Shown: in pieces, positions 41,788 to 56,722 of the stretch
How positions within the stretch are numbered: position 1 is the stretch's first letter
Layout of the letters: each line of letters begins with the position of its first letter
Program-made: the position numbers and the translations under genes
The notes under the pieces: generated by a model
Told to the model about the DNA's origin: nothing
Seen by the model: only the letters and a program-made list of their open reading frames with translations
Databases searched by the model: none
Assembly: GCF_009914755.1 (NCBI RefSeq)
Contig: NC_060936.1
Origin: the human T2T-CHM13v2.0 reference genome, Homo sapiens
DNA length: 64,000 nucleotides
Direction: 5' to 3' (one strand)

Positions 41788-43504
41788 TTATCTTATGCCA
41801 GTTTTCAAGGGGAATGTTTCTGGCTTTTGCCCATTCCCGTATATTATTGGCTGTGGATTTGTTATATATGGCTCTTATTTTTTTGAGGTATGTTCCTTCA
41901 ATACCTACTTTATTGAGAGTTTTTGACATGAAGGCATGTTGAACTTTATTGAAGGCCTTTTTTTTTCATCTATTGCAATAATCATGTGATTTTTGTCTTT
42001 AGTTCTGCTTATGTGATGAATCACATTTATTGATTTGCATATGTTGAACCAGCCTTGCATATCAGGGATAAAGCCTACTTGATTGTGTTGGGTAAGCTTT
42101 TTGATGTTCTGCTGAATTTGGTTTGCAATTATTTTGTTGAGGATTTGACGTTCATCAAGGATATTGTTCTGTATTTTTTTTTTTTTATCTCTGCCATGTT
42201 TTGGTATCATGTTTTGGATGATACTGGCCTCAAAGAATGAGTTAGGAGGGAGTTCCTTTTTTTCAAGTTTTTGTAATAGTTTCAATAGGAATAGTATCAG
42301 CTCGTCTTTGTACCTTTGGTCAAATTCAGCTGTGAATCTTTCTGGTCCTGGGCTTTTTTTGATTGGTAGGCTATTTATTACTGCCTCAATTTCAGGACTC
42401 ATTATTGGTCTATTCAGGGATTCAATTTCTTCCTGGTTCAGTCTTGGGAGGGTGTATGTGTCCAGGAATTTACTATTTCTTCTAGATTTTCTAGTTTATG
42501 TGCATAGATGTGTTTATAATATTCTCTGATAGTTTGTATTTCTGTGGGGTCAGTGGTAGTATCCCCCTCATAATTTCTAATTGTGTTTATTTGAATCTTC
42601 TCTATTTTTGTCTTCCATTAGTCTAGCAAACAGTCTTTTGCTTTTATTAATTTTTTCAAAAAACTACCTCTTGGATTCATTATTTTTTTGAAGGGTTTTT
42701 CATGTCTCTTTCTCCTTCAGTTCCACTCTGATCTTGGTTATTTCTTATTTCTTGTCTTCTGCTAGCTTTGGTGTTTGTTTGCTCTTGGTTCTCTAATTAC
42801 TTTAGTTGTGATGTTAGTTTGTTAACGATATCTTTCTAGCTTTTGGATGTGGGCATTTAGTGCTATAAGTTTCCCTCTTAACACTGCTTTAGCTGCATCG
42901 AAGATGTTCTGGTATGTTGTATCTTTGTTATCATTAATTTCACAGAACTTTCTTGATTTCTGCCTGAATTTCATTATTTACCCAAAAGTCATTCAGGAGC
43001 AGGTTGTTCAATTTCCACATAGTTGTATGGTTTCGAGTGAATTTCTTAATTTTGAGTTCTAATTTTATTGCACTGTGGTTCAAGAGACTGTTTGTTATTA
43101 TTTCAGTTATTTTGCATTTGCTGAGGAGTGTTTTACTTCTGATTATGTGATCAATTTCAGAGTAAGTGCCCTATGACACTGAGAAGAGTGTATATTCTGT
43201 TGTTTTTAGGTGGCGAGTTCTGTAGATATCTATCAGGTCCACTTGATCCAGAGCTGAGTTCTGGTCCTGAATGTCTGTGATAATTTTCTGTCTCGATGAT
43301 CTGTCTAATATTGTCAGTGGGGTGTTAAAGTCTCCCATTATTATTGAGCGGGAGTCTATGTCTCTTTGAAGGTCTCTAAGAACTTGCTTTATAAATCTGC
43401 ATACTCCTGTATTGAGTGCATATATATTTAGGAAAGTTAGCTCTTCTTGTTGAATTGAACCCTTTACCACTATATAAAGCCCTTCTTTGTTGTCTTTTTG
43501 ATCT

Positions 43505-43830
<326 letters not shown>

Positions 43831-44713
43831 GATCTTTGGTTGTTTAAAGTCTGCTTTGTCAGAAACTAGGTTTGCAACCCTTGTTTTTTTCTGTTTTCCA
43901 TTTTCTTGGTAAATTTTTCTCTATCCCTTTATTTTGAGCCTATGTGTGTCTTTGTGTGTGAGATGGGTCTCTTGAAGACAGCATACCAATGGGTCCTGCT
44001 TTTTTATCCAGCTTGCCATTCTGTGTCTTTTAATTGGGGATTTAGCCTGTTTACATTTAGTATTGTCATGGGTGGATTTGATCCACACATAACATGATGC
44101 TAGCTGGTTATTTTGCAAACTTGTTTATGTGGTTGCTTTATATTGTCACTGGTCTGTGTATTTCAATGTTTTTGTAGTGGCTGATAACAGCTTTTGCTTT
44201 CCATATTTAGTGCTTCCTTTAGGAGCTCTTTTAAAGTAGGTCTGGTGGTAATGGATTTCCTCAGCATTTGCTTGCCTGAAAAGGATCTTATTTCTCCTTT
44301 GCTTATGAAGCTTAGTTTCACCTGATATGAAATTCTGGGTTGGAAATTCTTTTCTTTTTTGAAAAAATTTATTTTCTTTATTTTGTTTTCTTTTTTTTTT
44401 AAAATTATACTTTAAGTTCTAGGGTACATGTGCGCAATGTGCAGGTTTGTTATGTAGGTGTACGTGTGCCATGTTGGTTTGCTGCACCACCCATTAACTC
44501 ATCAATTACATTAGGTATTTCTCCTAATGCTATCCCTCCTCCTGCCTCCCACCCCATGACAGGCCCCAGGGTGTGATATTCCTTGCCCTGTGTCCAAGTG
44601 TTCTCATTTTTCCATTCCCACCTATGAGTGAGAACATGCAGTGTTTGGTTTTCTGTCCTTGTGATAGTTTGTTCAGAATGATGGTTTCCAGAATGATGCA
44701 TCCATGTCCCTGA

Positions 44714-45033
<320 letters not shown>

Positions 45034-47211
45034 AAACTCATGCTTTTTTATGGCTGCATAGTATTCCATGGTGTATATGTACCACATTTTCTTAATCCAA
45101 TCTATCATTGATGGACATTTGGGTTGGTTCCAAGTCTTTGCTATTGTGAATAGTGCCACAATAAACATACGTGTGCATGTGTCTTTATAGTAGCATGATT
45201 TATAATCCTTTGGGTATATACCCAGTAATGGGATCACTGGGCCAAATGGTATTTCTAGTTCTAGATCTTTGAGGAATTGCCACACTGTCTTCCACAATGG
45301 TTGAACTAGTTTAAACTCCCACCAACAGTGTAAAAGTGTTCCTATTTCTCCACATCCTCTCCAGCGTCTGTTGTTTCCTGACTTTTTAATGACTGCTATT
45401 CTAAGTGGTGTGAGATTATATCTCATTGTGGTTTTGACTGGCATTTCTCTGATGATCAGTGATGATGAGCATTTTTTCATGTGTCTATTGGCTACATAAA
45501 TGTCTTCTTTTTGAGAAGTGTCTATTCATATCCATTTCCCACTTTTTGATGGGGTTGCTTGTTTTTTTGTTCTAAATTTGTTTAAATTCTTTGTAGAGTC
45601 TGGATATTAGCCCTTTGCCAGGTGGGTAGATTGCAAAAATTTTCTCCCATTCTGTAGGTTGCCTGTTCACTCTGATGGTAGTTTCTTTTGCTGTGCAGAA
45701 GCTCTTTAGTTTAATTAGATCCCATTTGTCTATTTTGGCTTTTGTTACCATTGCTTTTGGTGTTTTAGTCATGAAGTCCTTGCCCATGCCTATGTCCTGA
45801 ATGGTATTGCCTAGGTTTTCTTCTAGGGTTTTCATGGTTTTAGGCCTAACATTTAAGTCTTTAATCCATCTTGAATTCATTTTTGTATAAGGTGTAAGGA
45901 AGGGATCCAGTTTCAGCTTTCTACATATGGCTAGCCAGTTTCCCCAGCACCATTTATTAAATAGGGAATCCTTTCCCCATTTCTTGTTTTTGTCAGGTTT
46001 GTTAAAGATCAGATGGTTGTAGATGTATGGTATTACTTCTGAGGCCTCTGTTCTGTTCCATTGGTCTGTAGATCTGTTTTGACACAAGTACCATGCTGTT
46101 TTGGTTACTGTAGCCTTGCGGTATAGTTTGAAGTCAGGTAGCATGATGCCCTCAGCTTTGTTCTTTTGGCTTAGGATTGTCTTGGCAATACAGGCTCTTT
46201 TTTGGTCCCATATGAACTTTAAAGTAGTTTTTTCCAATTCTATGAAGAAAGTCATTGGTAGCTTGATGCAGATAGCATTGAATCTATAAATTACCTTGGG
46301 CAGTATGGCCATTTTCATGATGTTAATTCTTCCTATCCATGTTCTTCCATTTGTTTGTGTCATCTTTTATTTCGTTGAGCAGTGGTTTGTAGTTCTCCTT
46401 GAAGAGGTCCTTCACATCCCTTGTAAGTTGGATTCCTAGGTATTTTATTCTCTTTGAAGCAATTGTGAATGGAAGTTCGCTCATCATTTGGCTCTCTGTC
46501 TGTTATTGGTGTATAGGAATGCTTGTGATTTTTGCACATTGATTTTGTATCCCAAGATTTTGCTGAAGTTCCTTATCAGCTTAAGGAGATTTTGGGCTGA
46601 GACGATGGGGTTTTCTAAATATATAGTCATGTCATCTGCAAACAGGGACAATTTGACTTCCTCTTTTCCTAATTGAATACGTTTTATTTCTTTCTCTTGC
46701 CTGATTGCCCTGGCCAGAACTTCCAACACTGTGTTGATTAGGAATGGTGAGAGAGGGCATCCCTGTCTTGTGCCAGTTTTCAAAGGGAATGCTTCCAGTT
46801 CTTTCCCATTCAGCATGTTATTGGCTGTGGGTTTGTCATAAATAGCTCTTATTGTTTTGAGAGACGTTCCATCAATTCGTAGTTTATTGAGAGTTTTTAA
46901 CATGAAAGGCTGTTGAATTTTGTCAAAGGCCTTTTCTGCATCTATTGAGATAATCATGTGGTTTTTGTCGTTGGTTCTGTTTATGTGATGGATTACGTTT
47001 ATTGATTTGCGTATGTTGAACCAGCCTTGCATCCCAGGGATGAAGCTGACTTGATCGTGGTGGATAAGCTTTTTGATGTGCTGCTGGATTTGGTTTGCCA
47101 GTATTTTATTGAGGACTTTCGCATCAATGTTCATCAGGGATATTGGTCTAAAATTCTCTTTTTTGTTGTGTCTCTGCCAGGCTTTGGTATTGGGATGATG
47201 CTGGCTTCTTA

Positions 47212-47620
<409 letters not shown>

Positions 47621-50395
47621 CTATTCAAAAAACCAGCCCCTGGATTCATTGATTTTTTTGAAGTGTTTTTTGTGTCTCTGTCTCCTTCAGTTCTGCTCTG
47701 ATCTTAGTAATTTCTTGCCTTCTGCTAGCTTTTGAATGTGTTTGCTCTTGCTTCTCTAGTTCTTTTAATTGTGATGTTAGGGTGTCGATTTTAGATCTTT
47801 CCTGCTTTCTCTTGTGGGCATTTAGTGCTATAAATTTCCCTCTACACACTGCTTTCATTGTATCCCAGAGATTCTGGTATGTTGTGTCTTTGTTCTCATT
47901 GGTTTCAATGAACATCTTTATTTCTGCCTTCATTTCATTATTTCCCCAGTAGTCATTCAGGAGCACGTTGTTCAGTTTCCATGTAGTTATGCAGTTTTGA
48001 GTGATTTTCTTAATCCCGAGTTCTAATTTGATTGCTCTGTGGTCTGAGAGACAGTTTGTTGTGATTTCTGTTCTTTTACATTTGCTGAAGAGGGCTTTAC
48101 TGCCAACTGTGTGGTCAATTTTGGAATAAGTGCGATGTGGTGCTGAGAAGAATGTATATTCTATTGATTTGGGGTGGAAAGTTCTGTAGATGTCTACTAG
48201 GTATGCTTGTTGCAGAGCTGAGTTCAAGTCCTGGATATCTTTGTTAACCTTCTGTCTCGTAGATCTGTCTAATATTGACAGTGGGGTGTTAAACTCTCCC
48301 ATTATTATTGTGTGGGAATCTAAGTCTCTTTGTAGGTCTCTAAAGATTTGCTTTATGAATCTGGCTGCTCCTGTATTGGGTGCATATACATTTAGGATAG
48401 TTAGCTCTTCTTGTTGAATTGATCCCTTTACCATTATGTAATGGCCTTGTCTCTTTTGATCTTTGTTGGTTTAAAGTCTGCTTTATCAGAGACTAGGATT
48501 GCAACCCCTGCTATTTTTGCTTTCCATTTGCTTGGTAGATCTTCCTCCATCCCTTTATTTTGAGCCTATGTGTGTCTCTGCACAGGAGATGGATTTCCTG
48601 AATACAGCACACTGATGGGTCTTAACTCTTTATCCAATTTGCCAGTCTCTGTCTTTTAATTGGGGCATTTAGTCCATTTACATATAAGGTTAATATTGTT
48701 ATGTGTGAATTTGATCCTGTCATTATGATGTTAGCTGGTTATTTTGCCCATTAGTTGATGCAGTTTTGTCCTATCATTGATGGTCTTTACAATTTGGCAT
48801 GTTTTTGCAGTGGCTGGTACCAGTTGTTCCTTTCCATTTTTAGTGCCTCCTTCAGGGGCTCTTGTAAGGCAGGCCTGGTGGTGACAAAATCTCTCAGCAT
48901 TTGCTTGTCTGTAAAGGATTTTATTTCTCCTTCACTTATGAAGCTTAGTTTGGCTGGATATGAAATTCTGGGTTGAAAATTCTTTCTTTAAGAATGTTGA
49001 ATATTGGCCCCTCCTCTCTTCTGGCTTGTAGAGTTTCTGCCGAGATATCCGCTGTTAGTCTGATGGGCTTCCCTTTGTGGGTAACCTGACCTTTCTCTCT
49101 GGCTGCCCTTAACATTTTTTCCTTCATTTCAACCTCGGTGAATCTGACAATTACGTGTCTTGGGGTTGCTCTTCTTGAGGAGTATCTTTGTAGTGTTCTC
49201 TGTATTTCCTGAATTTGAATGTTGGCCTTCCTTGCTAGGTTGGGGAAGTTCTGGATAATAACCTGAAGAGTGTTTTTCAACTTGGTTCCATTTTCCCCGT
49301 CACTTTCAGGTACACCAGTCAGACATAGATTTGGTCTTTTCACTTTGTCCCATATTTCTTGGAGGCTTTGTTCGTTTCTTTTTACTCTTTTTCTCTAAAC
49401 TTCTCTTCTCACTTTATTTCATTAATTTGATCTTCAATCACTGATACCCTTTCTTCCACTTGATCGAATCAGCTATTGAAGCTTGTGCATGTGTCACGTA
49501 GATCTCGTGCCATGGTTTTCAGCTCCATCTTGTCATTTAAGGTCTTCTCTGCACTGTTTATTCTAGCTAGCCATTCATCTAATCTTTTTTCAAGGTTTTT
49601 AGCTTCCATGTGATGGGTTCAAACATCCTCCTTTAGCTTGGAGAAGTTTGTTATTACCAACCTTCTGAAGCTTACTTCTGTCAGCTCGTCAAATTCATTC
49701 TCCGTCCTGCTTTGTTCCATTGCTGGTGAGGAGCTGTGATCCTTTGGAGGAGAAGAGGCACTCCAGTTTTTAGAATTTTCAGCTTTTCTGCTCTGGTTTC
49801 TCCCCATCTTTGTGGTTTTATCTACCTTTGGTCTTTGATGGTGGTGACCTACAGATGGGGTTTTGGTGTGGATGTCCTTTTTGTTGATGTTGATGCTAGT
49901 CCTTTCTGTTTGTTAGTTTTTCTTCTAACAGTTAGGCCCCTCAGCTGCAGGTCTGTCGGAGTGTGCTGGGGTTCCACTCCAGACCGTGTTTGCCTGGGTA
50001 TCACCAGTGGAGGCTGCAGAACAGCAAATATTGCAGAACAGCAAATATTGCTGCCTGATCCTTCCTCTGGAAGCTTTGTCCCAGAGGGGCACCTGCCTGT
50101 ATTAGGTGTCAGTCGGCCCCTACTGGGAGGTGTCTCCCAGATAGGCTACACGAGGGTCAGGGACCCACTTGAGGAGGCAGTCTGTCCATTCTCCAAGCTC
50201 AAACACTGTGCTGAGAGAACCACTGCTCTCTTCAGAGCTGTCAGACAGGGATGTTTAAGTCTGCAGAAGTTTCTGCTGTCTTTTATTCAGCTATGCCCTG
50301 CCCCCAGAGGTGGCGTCTACCTTGCTGAGCTGCAGAGGGCTCCACCCAGTTCCAGCTTCCCCTGGCCGCCTTGTTTACCTACTCAAGCCTCAGCA

Positions 50396-50728
50396 ATGGC
50401 GGATGCCCCTCCCCCTGCCAGGCTGCTGCCTTGCAGGTCGATCTCAGATTGCTGCACTAGCAGTGAGCAAGGCTCCATGGGCGTGGGAGCCTCTGAGCCA
50501 GGCATGGGATATAATCTCCTGGTGTGCCATTTGCTAAGACCATTGGAAAAGCGCAGTATTTGGGCAGGAGTATCCCGTTTTTCCAGATACTATTTGTTGT
50601 GGCTTCCCTTGGCTAGGAAAGGGAAATCCCCTGACCCCTTGCACTTCCTGGGTGAGGCGATAACCGGCCCTGCTTCATCTCACCCTCCATGGGCTGCACC
50701 CACTGTCCAACCAGTCCCAATGAGATGA
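50396..50728 (+). CDS. L1 antisense ORF0 homolog, C-terminally extended (110 aa); expression unproven
   Basis: MADAPPPARLLPCRSISDCCTSSEQGSMGVGASEPGMGYNLLV... matches the recalled ORF0 sequence; strong Kozak gcaATGg. Confidence 0.55.
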   Translation: MADAPPPARLLPCRSISDCCTSSEQGSMGVGASEPGMGYNLLVCHLLRPLEKRSIWAGVSRFSRYYLLWLPLARKGKSPDPLHFLGEAITGPASSHPPWAAPTVQPVPMR

Positions 50729-53700
50729 ACCAGGTACCTCAGTTGGAAATGCAGAAATCACCCATCTTCTGCATCAATCACGCTGGGAGTTGCAGACTGG
50801 AGCTGTTCCTACTTGGCCATCTTGGAACAGAATCTGGAAATTCTTTTCTTTAAGAATGTGGAATATTGGCCCCTAATCTCTTCTGGCTTGTAGGGTTTCT
50901 ACTGAGAGGTCTGCTGTTAGTCTGATGGGCTTCCTTTCGTTAGGTGACCAAGCCTTTCTGTCTGGCTGCCCTTAACATTTTTTTCTTTCATTTTGACCTT
51001 GGAGAATCTGATGATTATGTGTCTTGGGGATTATCTTGTAAAGTATCTTACCAGGGTTATCTGCATTTCCTGAATTTGAATGTTGGCCTGTGTAGCTAGA
51101 TTGCAGAAGTTCTCTGGGATGATACCCTGAAGTATGTTTTCCAAATTGATTCCAGCCTCTGCATCTCTTTTTGGTACCCAAATCTGTCATAGATTTAGTC
51201 TCTTTACGTAATCCCATATTGGAGGTTTCGTTCATTCCTTTTTCACTATTCTTGTCTGTCTGTAATTTCAGAAAGACAGTCTTCAAGCTCTGAGATTCTT
51301 TCCTCTGCTTGGTCTATTCTGCTATTAATACTTTGAATTGCATTGTGAAGTTCTTGTAGTGTGTTTTTTGGCTTTATAAGGTCGATTATGTTTCTCTCTA
51401 TACTGGTTATTTTGGCTGTCTACTCCTGCATTGTTTTATCATGTTTCTTAGCTTCTTTGCATTGGGTTACAACATGCTCCTTTAGTTCAGCGAAGTTTGT
51501 TTGCTTGTTTTCATCCACATTCTGAAGACTACTTTTGTCATTTCAGCCATCTCAGCCTCAGCCCAGTTCTGAACCCTTGCTGGAGAGGTGTTGTGGTCAT
51601 TTGGAGGAAAGGGGGCACTCTGGTTTTTTGAGTTTTCATTGTTTTTGCATTGATACTTTCTCATCTTTGTGGGCTTATCTACTTTTGATCTTTAAGGTTG
51701 CTCACCTTTGGATGGGTTCTTTTGTGTTTTCTTTTGTTGTTGTTATTGTTGTTTTTTCTTTGTTTGTTTTTCTTTTAACAGCCTGGCCATTCTTCTGTAG
51801 GGCTGCTGTGTTTGGCTGGGGGTCCAATCCAGACCCTAGTCACCTCGGTTTTTCTAGTACCTGAAGGTATCATCAGTGAATGCTGCAAAACAGCAAAGAT
51901 GGCAGCCTGCCCCTCTCTCTGGGAGCTCTGCCCTGAGGGCTACTGACCTGTTGCTGGCCTAAACATGCCTGTACAAGGTGGCTGGAGACCCTGGTTGGGG
52001 TCACTAGGAACGAGATCAGGGACCTGCTTAAAGTATCAGTCTGGCTGCTTTTTGGTAGAGCAGCTGTGCTATGTTGAGGATCCCTTCAGCCCCCAATCCA
52101 AGGTCTGCAGGGTGGACTAGCTGAGATGCCCAAACAGCAAAGGTGGTGGCCTGCCCCATCTCGTGGGCTCCCCCATTCCAGGGAGAAATTAGAACTCTGT
52201 TGGTCATAGAACATGGGCAGGGGTGGCCTGGGGCCCCAGCTGGGAGGACCTGCCCAGCAAGGAGGAATGGATCCTGCCCCCTTTTATAGAAGCAGTCTGG
52301 CCACACCTTAACAAGACAGTCATGGAGTCCTGGGGACCCATCCCCGGCCATGTCAGCTTGGACTCACCAAAGCCCACAGGCTGGAATGGCTGAGTCACCC
52401 AAACAGCAAAGATGGTGACCTGCTCCTCCCCCTGGGCACCCATCCCAGGGAGAAATCAGACCTCTGTCCTTAGAGCAGGGTAGCCAGAGGCCCTGACTGG
52501 GAGGACCTGCCCTGCAAGGAGGAGTGGATTGGGTTCCTGTTTGAAGAAACAGTCTGACTACACCTTGACAAAAGAGCTCTGCCATGCTGGGGAGCTGCCT
52601 CTGTGCTGGTCAACTTGCACTCTCCACACCCTGCAGGCTGGAGTGGCTTAGTTGTCCAAACAACCAAGGCGGTGGCCCACACCTCTCCCTCAGGGAGAGA
52701 TCAGAACTCTGTCCATAGAAAATGGGCAGGAGTGGCCGAAGGTTCCAGATGGGAGGTCCTGCCCAGTGAGGAGGAATGTTTTGGGATACTGCTTAAAGAG
52801 GCAATCTGGGCACATTCTGGCAAAGCAGCTCTGCTGTGTTGGGGGGAATCTTTCCTTGTCCAGACCATTTGGATTTTCCAAAGCTCACAGGCTGGAATGG
52901 CTGAGTTGACCAAACAGCAGAGATGGTGGCCTGCCTCTGTCCTCCGGGTCTCTGACCCATCTCAGGCAGGCTCCACCCTGTTGCTAGTAGCTGGCTGGAA
53001 TCCAAGCCAGTAGATCTTATCTTGTGAGGTACCGTGGAAGTGAGGCCCACAGACTGACACTGGCCCCCTGGATTCAGCTCCCTTCCTAGGGGTATATACA
53101 GGTCTCCTGCCTTGCTGAGGATCCCAAAGCCAGAGTAGGTAAAGCTCCTGGGTCTCTGTGTGTGCCTGAGCAGCTGCTGTGCTGAGACTCTACACAGCTC
53201 TGTGTGTCGGACCCAAGGCCCTGTGGTGTGGGCTCACAAGGGAATCTCTTGATTCGACAGTTGCAAAGATCTGTGGGAGAAGTCTGGTTTCTTGGGGTCA
53301 CACAGTCACTCACTGCTTCCTGTGGCTGGGGATGGGGGTTCCCTTGGCTCTGTGTTGCTCTCAGGTGGGCTATCGCCCCACCCTGCTTTTCTATGTTCTC
53401 CATGGGTCAAGCTGTTTTCCTGATCAGCCTCACTGCGAGTACCTGGATATTTCAGTTGGAGGTGTGGTATTCACTTGCTCCTTTCTTTCCTCTTTGTGAG
53501 AGCCAGGTACCACAGCTGCTTCTAATTGGCCATCTCTGCCCTCTCCCCATCAGTTTCATTTCCGGTACATCACACAAACCATAGCAAAATAAAATGTGTA
53601 ATACATGCTTGTATTAGTTTAATTACACTTAAGATTATGAGTCACAGAGACGCTTAGAAAATAATAGAAACTCCTTTCTTTCCTTTATTGTCAAACTCTT

Positions 53701-56700
53701 AGTTACCTATCTGCTTCTGACCACATTTAATTCACAGCTATGGTTTCGATAAGACCTAAAGAATTAAATCAGTTGTCCAAAAAAGAAATTCCAAGCCCTA
53801 AATATGCCTACCTCAAATATATGTTATCTGTGCATATTAAGGAAGAGTCAAGATGGAGGCTTAAAATGCTAGATAGTTGCTCCTTACTTAAAGTTTTTTA
53901 TGTGACTACTCACCTATCTAATAACACAGTTATAATCATCTTATTTGCCTACTCTCACATGCCCATTCTGTCTTTCCTGGAGTGCCTAAATTCCTTCAGC
54001 CTGTTTCTGTATCTTAACCTACTGTCTAACCCTCTCCCTGTCCTGAGTGGAAGGGGCTAACAACTGTTTTTATGAACAGAAGTATTGGATCTGTGTATTT
54101 CTCTCATTTAGGCATAGGTAACAATTATAGGATTTTAAGGTTTGAAGTTTCATTTGGCCTGACCATCCTTTCCAGGAATTCCCTTTTCTTTGTCCCTGTC
54201 AAGTGGCGTTTCCCCTTGTTTAAATGTGTCCTGTGATGATAAGCTTACTCCAGCAGACATTTTCAAATGGAACTTCTGTCTTAGATTTTTCATTCGTTGA
54301 ACCAAAATCTTTCTCCTTGTAATTTTTATCCTTTGTTCATAGTTCTACTCTTAGGGTAGTATACCTTTTTCCTTTCCACATGTTAGACCTCTGTAGGTTT
54401 GTACCTTGAGGCACACATGCCTTGTCTGCTTCAGATCAAATAGTTCATTTCTTTCACCATTTGTCATGGAGCTTAATTTTAAGCCCCTTTCCTTTTTGTA
54501 TTTATTCTCTTCTAGATACAGTGCCCCTGGTCTCCAGAGTCCATCTCTGGGCTGTAAAATGGAGCCATGAAATGAGCAGGATATATATATGACCATACTA
54601 ACTTAAGAGACACATGCACCTAAGCTTTCTAAAGGGAGAAGTGGGGTTACATGAGATTATGGTGTGAGAAAATGTTAAACAAATGAAAGGGTCTACTCTT
54701 CCAATTTTGGCCCTCTTTGGTTCCAGTGACTGGGGCACAAAGAGAAGACATGAAAAGAGATACTGAAAATCAGTCCCAATTAGGTTTAGAGAAGTACAAG
54801 TGGAGATGAAGGTGATTTACATTTCATGCCCTTTCAGGAAGGAGTAACCATTCTAATACATCCTTCTCAAAGAGTGCATGTTTAGTGGAACATCAGCCAA
54901 TGATGACTTGTGGAAAAAAAGCAGAGTGTCACCATCAAATGGGGAACATCGAGAAGCCTTCATTTTAGTGCATCCACCCATCCTAACTTATTCTGCAGGT
55001 CGTTTTGCAGTTGAAGCCGTAAGGAAGGCAGTTTGTCATTTCTTTTTGAAAGCCCAGGTTTGTGTGTACCAGCATTAGCAAAGCCAGGAAAGCATCTTTG
55101 GTAGATACACTAACTGTGCTACAGGGTGGCCTCTCATGAAAGATCCTGGAAACCTAGAGGCTTATGAATATGGATACTAGAAAAACATTGTAGACTTTGT
55201 AGGGCCAATTCTAGAGTTTGAATATCTAAAAACTCACTTTATCATATCAAGGTCTTTTTTAGCCTCTACAAGTAATATCTGTTTTTAACATGAAGGAAAT
55301 AAATCATGCAATGTTTAAAATTGCAAGGTATGTGTATACCAGGCAGCACAGACCTAAATTATGACTTTGAAGTTTTCTCACTGCAACATTTACAAACCCA
55401 GTCCAGCTTGTGGAAAACCATGGACAGATTTTGGTTTGGCTCAGGGCCTTCTTTTCATCTTCCAGGTCACTGAGTGCAAAGGAAAAAAAAAAAACCCTGT
55501 AAATATTTTTGAAGCACAGGTTTATTTTTCCCTCTTGCAAAATTAAAATTGAATTATTTAATTTTATCCAAGGGAACTAATTTGTTCTAGACAAGAGGCC
55601 GACTCTCTACCACTCAAAAATGCTTTTTAGACTGATTTCATGTTACTTCTGTGACTTTTGACTTTGTGATTTCCATGGAAGTCTTATTAGAAAATGAAAG
55701 ATGATTGCAAAGGAGGTTTTCATTCTCAACATGTTTTCTAGCATTAGGGTTGGGTCTTCTCTTTTCTATATGGTTTCAAGTCTGATCAGTTTGCACACAT
55801 TGCTCTGTGTCCCTAGTCTTCCCTTTGCAAAAAGACTTTCCAAGCGTTTTACCTTTAGTAGCAAAGAGTGTGTTTAGATATTGACATTTGAGTTCCAGTG
55901 CTTGTTTTGCTTTTAGTGACTTTAACTTACCTGACTTTGTTCCCACACCTCTTGACTGCAGACAATACTGTTCCTACTCCCCATAGATGCAGTCAGAACC
56001 AGTGGAAATAAAGTGTCTATGTGACAGCACTAGAAGTACATACGTTTTTAAAAATGAGACGTTAACACTATACACCTGGGGCTGCTAGAGCAGAATCATG
56101 AGTAGAGTCTGTGTGAAGAATTGGGTGTTTACTGAGCTGGGTCAGAGGAGGGTTATACTTCACTGAGATTGTGTCTCCTCTTTCTCTCATTGCAAACACA
56201 CATGTACACCCACACACCTCATCTCTATTCTAGGTCCAAGTCTGCAACTGACATTCTAGTGGTTAGGCCTAGTGTGCTTCTCCTTCAATCCAGTCCTGGA
56301 CAAATGCAGGTTCTCCAGGAACTGGTAATTCTGAGGGGTCCAGATAAACTACACGTTTCTTTTCATTTGAGGAATCTCTCAGAAACCATGTCAGTCTGGG
56401 TCTATTTTTCCCTTACATTTGGTTGACAGCTTGAGAAACCTGGATTGCTGTTCAGCCAGCAAAGAACGTCTTTACGAGTTGGTAGCCTAGGTTGCTACTT
56501 TATAATATGATTTGAAAGGTACTTGAAGGCCCATGCTCCAAAGAATCTTGTTCCAGAGCTTGTTGGGCTAGCTTTAGGGTCACTATTTGATGCCAATTTC
56601 TTTGGGTCAACATGGTTCTCTCCAAATTCCATTTTTACAAAGCAGACATTTCCTTGGGAAGACTAAGGCAGCTTGTTTTGGTCTGTAGGTGGGAAGGGAG

Positions 56701-56722
56701 TAGATAGAAAAAGAGACACTAG

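Noticed and set aside
51888-52945. Regularly spaced conserved motif resembling a CRISPR-like array
   Set aside because: The 'spacers' are homologous to each other and about 230 bp long; these are L1 5'UTR monomers in eukaryotic DNA with no cas genes
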